Source: Halocafeteria seosinensis | Taxonomy: Eukaryota | Length of the DNA stretch: 20,000 nt | Assembly: GCA_001687465.1 (NCBI GenBank) | Contig: LVLI01000198.1 | Span: 52,726-72,725 of the forward strand | Reading direction: 5' to 3' | Shown here: positions 1 to 8,612 of the stretch, in pieces | Numbering within the stretch: position 1 is the first letter of the stretch | Layout of the letters: each line of letters opens with the position of its first letter | Made by a program: the position numbers and the translations under genes | Notes under the pieces: generated by a model | Seen by the model: only the letters and a program-made list of their open reading frames with translations | Told to the model about the DNA's origin: nothing | Database searches by the model: none

Positions 1-51
1 GGCGCGGGAGACTCCATTCTATGCTCTCTTGAATGGCCTTCACTTCAGTAG

Positions 52-177
52 AAAAACAATCCGAACTGGACGTGGTGTGTACGACTTCCACCTCATTCTC
101 CGGAGAGGGACGAAGTGCTACAGGTCTTGTACTTGTACAAGTATTTAAAAGAAGAAATAAAGCTGTGGAGGAAGTGA
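52..177 (+). CDS. Possible terminal exon of a gene lying mostly upstream of the window (KNNPNWTWCVRLPPHSPERDEVLQVLYLYKYLKEEIKLWRK*)
   Basis: A pyrimidine-rich stretch ending cttcagtag (acceptor-like, AG at 50-51) precedes a protein-like open frame to TGA at 175-177, convergent with the next gene. No family recognised, and frame 2 (open to 148) is an alternative. Confidence 0.25.
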   Translation, partial: KNNPNWTWCVRLPPHSPERDEVLQVLYLYKYLKEEIKLWRK

Positions 178-255
178 GAGAGGAACTATTAAGTCGCCTT
201 GATTTTGTTCTTGTATTTGCGAACATTCATTACTACTAACTGCGATGGCTACGTG

Positions 256-3105
256 CTAAAATCTATTACGATCCGTGTGTCGGAATAAACCGTCTCCTTG
301 AGCAACAATCCAGTGGCGCTCATTCCAAGCATTGGGTTCCCAATTCATGTAAACCTCAATATCATAGTACGGATCGTTCCTAGTAAATTTATGGAACCGA
401 CTAACGTATTCGTTGTACCACCATTTCACGCTCATCATCGTTGGGTTATTGGTCCAATTGCAATATTTGCTATCGGAGCAGTACATCACAGGGTCATTAT
501 GGCATATCCATATCTTGTCTGGCCAGTATTTTTCGGGTTCTTCGATCCAATGGAAATGATTGCAAAATAAATTAGGCTGCTGCTTGAACACTCGTTCTTC
601 ATCTCCCTTGAACATCATCTTTGCGAAGTTGGGTTTCCCTGCTCGCCACCGATGACGGAAACGCACGACATGGGCTTCTTTATTCATAACCATGTCTCTA
701 CCGGTAGTCAACTGTTCATATACGCATGGCCATGGTTCAATAAGGAGGAAATCTTTCTCCAAGAACAGGAATATAGGGTTGCTGGCGTTCATTGCCATAA
801 AGTTGATAGCGCGTAGGATACCCACATTCTTACTGTTACCCATAAGCTTGACGGCACTATGTCGTTGTGCAAAAGGAGACACAGCCTGTTCAAGTGTCGG
901 ATTCCTGCCGTTTAAGTATATCATGAATTCGTTGACGCCATCGAGTAAACCATTGTCCTCATAACTTTGCAGGGTTTGCTTGAGCGTTGCCAACTCTCGA
1001 GAGCCATGAGCCAAGAGACCCAACGAGAGATCCTTGACAGGACCCTCTGGTCCACGAAGCCCAGGCTCTTCGCATTTTCGTTGCATAACGTTAGGACGCT
1101 CAAAGTTTGGAAGTTTAAACTTAGATTTGGGAATCTTCTTGGGGCGAGGCGGGCAATTGCCTGGATTCTGATCACACCATTTCTTTTCATGAGCATGCCA
1201 ATGAATGTTCTCATTCCCTGTTTGGCAAGAGACAGTACAATAGTGGCTTCTCACGCGGCACAAATGCTGGTTCTTAGCTTCAGTCAAAAACTGGGGAGTG
1301 ACGTAAGAGGGACATTCGTCCCAATCATACGGATCGTCCTCGTAGCATATCGTGTGCCCATCTCTCTCGGCGCATTTGAGCCCTCGCAAATCATAGACTT
1401 CGTTATAGCTTAAAGACTCGATGTCAATATCATTGGGTTCCTCGTTAGGATGCGTTTCCTTCCGAGAACTTTGCTCCGAAGGCTCTTTCTCCTCCTGCTT
1501 CGGTTGTTCTTCTGGAGTCTCCTGCTGTTGTTCCTGTTGAGAATCACCCAGGTCTTTGTCTACACCACGGAATCCAGGGTCCCCCGGCTTAACCCGCCCT
1601 TCACCAACATCAGCAAAACAAGGCTTGTCAGTAGTACCGCATGGATGAGCACTCCAAGCCACTTGATCGCTTCCTCGTTTACACTGAACTGTGCAGAAGA
1701 AATGTGCTGTATCATGGCATGTATACTGGTTTTCTGCTTTTGTAAGGTAATACGGTGTAACATAAGCTGGGCAGGGAGTCTTGTCTGTGTGGAAACATGA
1801 GGGCTTCCCCTGCTTCTCTAACTGCTCAAAATTCTCCTCGCAAAGTAAGCCACGTAAGTGATATCCGTAGTCTTTCGGGTCCAATGGTGGATCCACCACA
1901 TGTTGGAAAAAGGCACAGTTACCGCCTTCTCCATTATCGTATCGGTGCACCAGCTCCGGGAACCTGTAGTACAGAATAGAGAAAAAGTTTTCTTCCGTTC
2001 CCATGTACCGCTTTTCCAGGGTCTCCTTCATGATCACGTCCAGTACTTGAATGGCCACTTCGAGAAACTCAGGCCGTCCACCAAACACACCTCCTCGTCC
2101 AACGAGCAAGGGGAGTTTGTGATACCCAATATAATTCTGGAATGCCTTCTTTTCAAAGCCGTGGATCTCGCCGTTGTGCTCACTTGGAACGTAGTCGAAG
2201 TACGTTATGAAAAGTTTATCATTCAAGAAATTATCCAAAATGAATCTCTGTTTTGCCAAATTGACACCGGAGGGATTATTACAGAGATGGCCACCATCAA
2301 TGAAGAGAAATGAGTCCGTGTTGAACGGATTCAACCTGGATGCTTCTGCGGTCCAAAAGATCTTGCTCATTACCAGAGGGTTGTAAAACTCCAACTTTGC
2401 TTGCGGTGAGTCTTCCAGCCATCCTTGCTGTCTATACCATTTCGGATTTTTACGTATTTCTTGGACTAAGTCATAGTATTTGAAGTTTTGCTTCAGATAG
2501 TCCACAGTTCTGAGAATGACATGAACTGGACCAGGGCTGCTGTCAATCAGAGGCTTAAAGTCATCATAGTAGTCGGCATCAATGAAAATGACTTTCGGGT
2601 AGTTGTACGACATGAACCCTCTGAATCGTTCTATGTAGTGCTTGAAGGTCCTGGCAAAGCCCCCGCCTAGAGAATGGCGTCCCAAATTGAGCATAGCTGA
2701 TACCAGGGTAATGTTTTTCCGCGGTTGTTTTTCAGCATAGTCCAAGGTGGGTTTATTTTTGTCCACGAGCCATCGTCCTTTGGCGAGCCAGTCCATCTGA
2801 TCGAGCTGCCCTTTGTCCAATTCCTCCAAGGTGTGGACATCATGTATAGCAGGGCCAGGCTGGTTCTTATCGCCTGTTGACTGTGTGGGAAGCTCACTCT
2901 TCATGCGTCGTCCCGGAGCAACGCGCACGGGGTTGGCGTAATCGCCCATTAATGGCCTATGTATGCGCAGTCCATCTTCGTGGGCCGACTGATGAGGGAG
3001 TAGGCCACTACTTCCTTGCCTCCCCACGTAGGTAATGACCACAGAAAGCCATATAACACATAAAAGAAAGGCAAAAAACACCGTACAGCGCACAAAGGAG
3101 ACCAT
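256..3105 (-). CDS. Intronless ~949-aa type II membrane protein: N-terminal TM anchor, HtrL/YibB-like putative glycosyltransferase domain, two Cys-rich repeats, C-terminal GT-A-fold glycosyltransferase-like domain
   Basis: First ATG in the long ORF is at 3105 (MVSFVRC), followed by a hydrophobic anchor (TVFFAFLLCVIWLSVVITYV). HtrL-like motifs ITLVSAMLNLGR, YNPLVMSK, NPFNTDSFLFIDGG, GGVFGG and MGTEE occupy ~2715-1920. The C-terminal domain (~1030-256) has LSLGLLAH, GNSKNVGILRAIN, FLFLEKDF (DxD-like), WTNNP and GDGLFRH. Confidence 0.85.
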   Translation of the reverse strand: MVSFVRCTVFFAFLLCVIWLSVVITYVGRQGSSGLLPHQSAHEDGLRIHRPLMGDYANPVRVAPGRRMKSELPTQSTGDKNQPGPAIHDVHTLEELDKGQLDQMDWLAKGRWLVDKNKPTLDYAEKQPRKNITLVSAMLNLGRHSLGGGFARTFKHYIERFRGFMSYNYPKVIFIDADYYDDFKPLIDSSPGPVHVILRTVDYLKQNFKYYDLVQEIRKNPKWYRQQGWLEDSPQAKLEFYNPLVMSKIFWTAEASRLNPFNTDSFLFIDGGHLCNNPSGVNLAKQRFILDNFLNDKLFITYFDYVPSEHNGEIHGFEKKAFQNYIGYHKLPLLVGRGGVFGGRPEFLEVAIQVLDVIMKETLEKRYMGTEENFFSILYYRFPELVHRYDNGEGGNCAFFQHVVDPPLDPKDYGYHLRGLLCEENFEQLEKQGKPSCFHTDKTPCPAYVTPYYLTKAENQYTCHDTAHFFCTVQCKRGSDQVAWSAHPCGTTDKPCFADVGEGRVKPGDPGFRGVDKDLGDSQQEQQQETPEEQPKQEEKEPSEQSSRKETHPNEEPNDIDIESLSYNEVYDLRGLKCAERDGHTICYEDDPYDWDECPSYVTPQFLTEAKNQHLCRVRSHYCTVSCQTGNENIHWHAHEKKWCDQNPGNCPPRPKKIPKSKFKLPNFERPNVMQRKCEEPGLRGPEGPVKDLSLGLLAHGSRELATLKQTLQSYEDNGLLDGVNEFMIYLNGRNPTLEQAVSPFAQRHSAVKLMGNSKNVGILRAINFMAMNASNPIFLFLEKDFLLIEPWPCVYEQLTTGRDMVMNKEAHVVRFRHRWRAGKPNFAKMMFKGDEERVFKQQPNLFCNHFHWIEEPEKYWPDKIWICHNDPVMYCSDSKYCNWTNNPTMMSVKWWYNEYVSRFHKFTRNDPYYDIEVYMNWEPNAWNERHWIVAQGDGLFRHTDRNRF
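1150..1395 (-). repeat. Cys-rich protein module, copy 2 (YDLRGLKC...CPSYVTPQFL...C...YCTVSC...WHAH...C)
   Basis: Same conserved motifs as copy 1. The two copies are separated by an acidic Q/E-rich linker (QQEQQQETPEEQPKQEEKEPSEQ). Confidence 0.85.
1618..1863 (-). repeat. Cys-rich protein module, copy 1 (YHLRGLLC...CPAYVTPYYL...C...FCTVQC...WSAH...C)
   Basis: Aligns by eye with copy 2: YxLRGLxC, CPxYVTPxxLTxAxNQxxC, CTVxCxxG, WxAH. Confidence 0.85.
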
Positions 3106-3285
3106 TGCCCTCCTTGTTTGCGTGCTTCCCCACCACACACAGACGCTCACACACACTCCACAAGGGGTAAGAAACCTCTACCCAAGGTATGGCAGAAAAC
3201 GGTAGTCCGTAGCACGCACAAACACTAACTAACAACCCGCCACCGGAGTCACGCCATCTTGACCCAAAAGCACGGGGTGGTGAGA

Positions 3286-3349
3286 ACTTGGAAATTCAAG
3301 TTGGAATTCAAGTCCTTCAAGTAGGAGGAAAGGACTTGAAGAAGACTTG
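3286..3349. promoter_or_regulatory. Cluster of CAAGT/ACTTG motifs with an 11-bp perfect inverted repeat, upstream of the HtrL-GT gene
   Basis: TTCAAGT at 3295, 3307 and 3316; ACTTG at 3286, 3334 and 3345. TTCAAGTCCTT (3307-3317) is the exact reverse complement of AAGGACTTGAA (3330-3340). A regulatory role is inference. Confidence 0.35.
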
Positions 3350-3902
3350 TTATTGATTTTAAACTTAGTGTATGCATAGCATAGCGCCAACTCATGGACC
3401 TATCGTATGAGACGGAAGAACGTCGTACCAGTGGTAACTCATTTGCAGATGAAAACGGAAGCAACGCATGACAAGTGGTAGGTACCAAAGGTACTGAGTA
3501 GCCTTGCCGCGCCAAGACTGAAACACAACTGTACACTGTTGTATTATACTGTACTGTAGAGCTATTTGGTGGAGAAAGTATGTCTTGCAATGCAGTGAGG
3601 CGTAACAGCACCGGTACAATCGGAGTGCATGATACCCTACATGGCATACCTGTGACATTGTTGAATTGGTCCGCTTAAATTCGCAAACTTCGAACTTATG
3701 CAGTGTGCACCGATGCAAATACAAAAATACGCTTTTTGACATCACAGTCCAGACCAATGGGGTCGCGCCCAGCTTCTCAGCTAGTAGACGATCGTTACAC
3801 TTCGCTGGCGCATTGTGCGAATAGCATTGTTACTCTAAAACCCGTTAACTTGCATTATGCTTCCTACGACACTTGATCCGCATTTTGAATAGTTTTGGGT
3901 AG

Positions 3903-6049
3903 TTATTGACCGCTATATAAGGGCCCAGGGAAATTCTTCCCACGAATCTTATTGGGGATTTCCTCTATACTGAGACCACGTACCGCCCATAGACGATCAA
4001 TCCGCTCGTCCCGACTTCCACCACATTTCAATCCTCGATTGTACAACTCGGATTTGAGTTGTTCCAAATGAAGTTCCTGTAGCTCTGATCGGGACTTTAC
4101 AGTTTCAAGTCGTGCCGGTAACTGAGGCGGCGGCAACTCGTTATTGCCGTTGGATCCATTGGCAGTACGAGGGGTGTCTGTTCCATTAGACGAAAGTGCT
4201 GTATCACTGGAGGATTCTACTTTGGCACGAGATTCCGAACATTCAGTTGAGGTGCTCGCTTGGTTGTATTCCCCGTCACGACCTTCATTATTAGGTTTAC
4301 TGTCTTGATTTACTTTTTGTACCTTAACACGGGGTTTTTTCGACGACGGTGAAACAGCCGCTGCAACTGAGCTTGTCGTTTGTACCGTAGCGGCCAGAGG
4401 TTGATATCCCTCAGCACTTGGCGCATAGCTGAAACCAGCACTAGCAGCGCCTATTTCAGAGGCAATACCCAGGTTAACTTCCACCGCCTCTTCTTCCTCC
4501 ACAGACACAGCTGCCAGGACTCCGTTGTCGATTCGCTGCGCCAATCCATCAAAGGCTACGCCAAGGTTCTCACCATTTAATGAGAACCAGACTGTACCAT
4601 CATGCAAGTCTATACCACAGCCCACTACGTCCCCTTTTTCCCACCCCTTTCCATACTTTGAGCTTTCAACATTCCATTTCAACTGCCGCGCGCCATCAAA
4701 CCCCCAACTATGTTCGTCATCTCCGACCCCATCTCCGTCCGCAGTTGAGGCAGCGAAACTGGTGTCGATCCAGCCAACCTGCACCACCCCGTCGGTGAGC
4801 AACTTCACTTCAAAATACCATTTACAAGCATCTCCGTCTTTCGGCGGAAAAGGAGCAACATGATAGAGTGAAAATGCGGTAGCAAACGTGGATGTCCCAG
4901 TTACCCTTGCCTTGAGAGGGGTTGAAGAATCAACTTCAGTAAAAGCATTTTGCACGCTTGCATCGTCAGAATCAAACAGTCCGAGCAGTTTTACCGGTGA
5001 TCCATGCGGTTCAGTCGAAGGAGGTTCAGAGCTGCGGAGTCGTTTCTCTGGCAGGTTCGTCGTTTTCGCAGATGACGCTTTATTTTTCAGACCAGCGGTT
5101 ACAGCATCTGCCATAGCGTCGGCCCGGGAGGAAGGCGCGTGGTAGTTGATATACTGAGTTCGCCTTTCATTCTTGGCCATCTCTTCCTTCTGCTTCTCTT
5201 CCTCCTCTTTTTGGCGTTTCTCCTCGACAATACGTTCTCTTCGCGACACAGCTTGCGCACGTCGGCGAAGCTGTTTCGGCGTAAGCCCATCCGACCACGA
5301 CGGAACTGGCAGGAACCAGCCTGGAATACCAGCAGTTCCTGCGGGCTCCTGGTACGCATCTTTCAACCGAGCTCTCCTCTCTCTTTCCTCTTCGCTCACC
5401 CACGTTCGAAGCCGGATTTGGTCATTTACGTGTCGTAAGCGACGGCCACTAAGATCACGGCACGCCCCATAATTGGGTAACTGGGCGCCTCGTCCAGCTT
5501 GTTTCCCCGCAGCTCGTAAGTTGGCTCCAAATCTGCACTAAACTCGCTCAATGAAGTAACACGCAAACACAAGCAGTCTACATGAAATAGCGTACCCTCC
5601 TTTACCACCTTTCAACCCCCCACAAATCTGTAGCCGGAAGACCCCATGGTCTTCATGGCTCAATAAGGACTGCGTTTCCGTCAGCAAACGCGTTCCCTGC
5701 CACAACTTGCATTGTATAGTCTCGGGTAGGCCCGTTAGGTGCTGCACAAGATCAGCCGAAATCGTGTATCAACTGCATATACGTGTGAATGCGCCGCCAG
5801 AACGTACTTTAACATGGGATAAGAGCTGCTGGACTGTGGAACAGCCCTTGTTTCTGCCAAGCACAGAGTATATACACTTCGTATAGATGTTTTATAGGCT
5901 ATACACGAGGTAAAGACGTACGTATTCGGCCTGAAAAGCTGGTCTCGTGGTACCAACAGGCACTGAGAAAGACCCCCAGGTTGTTGTTGGTGCCGATGGA
6001 GAAATGACGGAGGAATGCCGGAGACATTCACTTGTATATATGACTCCAT
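3903..6049 (-). CDS. SDE2: SDE2 splicing/replication-stress regulator with an inserted SPRY domain; exons 6049-5922, 5853-5808, 5741-5596, 5532-3903; ~649 aa
   Basis: Splicing three GT-AG introns (5921-5854, 5807-5742, 5595-5533) yields one frame. It has an N-terminal ubiquitin-like region ending LKGGKGGFGANLRA, the Sde2 motif NYGACRDLSGRRLRHVN, a SPRY domain (WYFEVKLLTDGVVQVGW, GVGDDEHSWGFDG, YGKGWEKGDVVGCGID, FSLNGENLGVAF) and the Sde2/SF3A3-type SAP-like C-terminus (LEQLKSELYNRGLKCGGSRDERIDRLW). Confidence 0.92.
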
Positions 6050-6263
6050 TTTTATCTTGCACCTTGTATTGGTTTGCTTAATTCTGATAAAGCGATCAAA
6101 CAGTGGAGCAAACAATACCAATGATGATATGTAACGACTATAATCATTAAGTTGCCGGTGTTCTATTGTCTGCTAGCACTTTAGTCAGTAGAAGCATAAA
6201 ATTGAAAACTGAACCACCTCTATCATCTAGTTTATCGGTATTCCATCCATTGCCAAATCTACA

Positions 6264-7441
6264 CTATTTCTTTAGATGGCACGTTTCAAACAATTTCGCT
6301 GTAACAGCATATGGATCGATATTGGAGGCAGGACGGCGGTCCTCAAAGTACCCTTTGCCGTCAGTTTCGGTGAAGCGGGGAATACGCACCGAAGCTCCTC
6401 GATCAGCAACACCATAAGTAAACTTATCCATACTAGCTGTTTCGTGTTTACCCGTCAACCGACGCTCGTTGCCGGGTCCGTAAATGTGGATATGCTCTTC
6501 GTGCGCCTGTGACAATTTCTTGACGGCTTCCATAATAACGTCAAATCCTCCATCTTCTCGCATCGGACGAGTACTAAAGTTAACGTGGCAACCAGCTCCA
6601 TTCCAATCTCCTTTGACAGGTTTGGGGTCAAAACTGACTATGACTCCGAAGTCTTCGGCAACACGCATCAAAATGTATCTAGCTAATATAAGTTGATCAC
6701 CGCTGTCAATTCCTTCACTAGGTCCTACTTGAAATTCCCATTGGCCTGCCATCACCTCCGCATTGACCCCACTTATTTGGATACCCGCGTACAGGCACGC
6801 TTTGTAATGGGCCTCGACAACGGGCCTGCCGAAAGCACACTCAGTACCTGCGCCGCAGTAGTACGGACCTTGGGGTCCCGGAAACCCACCTCTAGGCCAA
6901 CCAAGTGGTGTCCTCCCATCATCCTCAAATAGCGTATACTCTTGCTCCAATCCATACCAAGGTGCAGCAGCAAGATCCTTTTCAAAGACTTTCTTGGCTT
7001 CCTCCCGGGTGTTATTCTCAATAGGAGTCATACTGGGCTTCAAACACTCGCAGAGCACAATGATATTCGGTGCCCCTCGGAACGGATCTTTGACTATCTT
7101 GACTGGTCGAAGTATAACTTCAGAATCATTGCCAGATGCTTGCCCCGTTGAGGAGCCATCAAAGTTCCATAGGGGTAAATCCTCCGGTTTTTGGGGAGAG
7201 AAGCCCAGCGTCCGGGTTTTACTTCTCAAGTCCATGCCCGTTCCCCCTATCCATACATATTCAGCAAGCACACTATCACCCTGTCATCACGATGGCAACA
7301 CGAGCGACAGAGGGATTCTATTAAACTCTTCGAATACAGCGCCAATGGACTTCTCCATTGTGGCTATTTAAAGCCAGAACGTACCTGTTCCAGGCCCATA
7401 TAGGCCCGATACACTGTTGAGTTCAACACTTTGGACGCCAT
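6264..7441 (-). CDS. GLN1: Glutamine synthetase type II, probably cytosolic; exons 7441-7385 and 7280-6264; ~357 aa
   Basis: GSII motifs [78 protein letters not shown]. Exon 1 ([19 protein letters not shown]) joins GDSVLAEY through a phase-0 intron 7384-7281 (GTACGT...GACAG). No targeting extension. Confidence 0.96.
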
Positions 7442-8612
7442 TTGTTACGTCTGCAAGCACTCCATACACGAGTAGCATGGGTACAATCGAAAGATAAATG
7501 TATACTACGACAAAATATAAGCTCAAATCAAACGAAAACATCGCATTCGGAAACAAAACGTCAATAAACGTCGGTAGGCGTCACCCGGCTAAATGAGATC
7601 CAGCGCCCTTTACTTACAGTATCTGCAATGACTAAAATGGTGTACCTACACAACCACATAAGCTAGACAATATTCTAGTAACAATTTTCACAGGGAGGTT
7701 GTTGTCAAACCAACCCACTGGACCCTACACGAAATACCGTCGTTTATAGAACTTGAGTAACGCTTGAAGTTGATTGCATTTCGAACTTCCAAGACAGTAA
7801 CTTCCCGTAAAAGTTTGGTACGCTAAAACAGGTAGCCTCACAGTCGCGAAAACTGCGACAGCGCCTTGGTTATTACATTGCGCATGAGGCCTTGGTGTAG
7901 CTCCAAGCTGGCCGTCGGACTGCGAACTCATCTGTCGCAACAGCATTTGAGCCCGAGAGCCCGTCCTGTTCTGTTCGACAACCACTGACCAGTGCTCACA
8001 GACTGCTGAAGGATCCAATTCGATTCCTTACGCCACGCAAATACAACGATTGGATTCTAGAGAAATGGTAAAGAGTTTACAACAACGCAATTGCATTGTA
8101 CAGTTCGTTGTGCTATAGATGTATGGTATGAGTTTGACGTTGTCTGGGCTAACATGTTTGTAGGGGTTAAGTGTTTGAAACTTCTAGGTACAAAAATACC
8201 GTAGTACTACGAGTGCGTTTCTTCTTAGATTAGCAACTAGGCTCACAAGACGCCAATTTAAAGCTTAGCTTCCGCTTTTTTCCCCCTGTCTGGGTATAAT
8301 ATCATTTCTGGGTGCCACTCCTCGTTGGAATCTCAAAGTGACCACTGGACTACGGAGCAATCATTTCGTCTACCCCTTTAGCCACCAGCTGCTGCGGTTC
8401 ATACGTTAGCCAAACCAAAACCAAATGGTTTATTGTTCTCCCCAAAAGGATGCAGCTTTCGCATTTTATCTAGCGTGCTCTCTTGCCGTCCTCTTTACCC
8501 CTCAATAGAGGGAGCAGAACCTGGAAGTGAAGCCCATAATAGATATTTCTCAGGTTGAAGTTATTAGGAATTTTCTTCCATTTCTCCTTATACACTATTT
8601 AAGAGGGATATA

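Noticed and set aside
3106..3156. GTG-initiated N-terminal extension of the 966-aa ORF
   Set aside because: The context is eukaryotic. The first ATG at 3105 directly precedes the signal anchor, and the upstream sequence is GT-repeat-like UTR.
3249..3757. Overlapping 132-aa and 121-aa minus-strand ORFs
   Set aside because: No motifs and atypical composition. They lie in the SDE2 3' / GT-gene promoter interval.
3903..5399. Standalone SPRY protein starting at GTG 5399
   Set aside because: The frame continues upstream to a splice acceptor at 5533 and is exon 4 of SDE2.
7725..8018. 97-aa minus-strand ORF in the GS / membrane-protein intergenic region
   Set aside because: Non-ATG start, no recognisable motif and no supporting splice structure.
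7980..8360. tRNA-like fragments (TTCGATTCC near 8020 on +; TAGTCCAGTGG near 8345 on -)
   Set aside because: The A-box-like and B-box-like pieces are on opposite strands about 320 bp apart, and neither folds into a cloverleaf.
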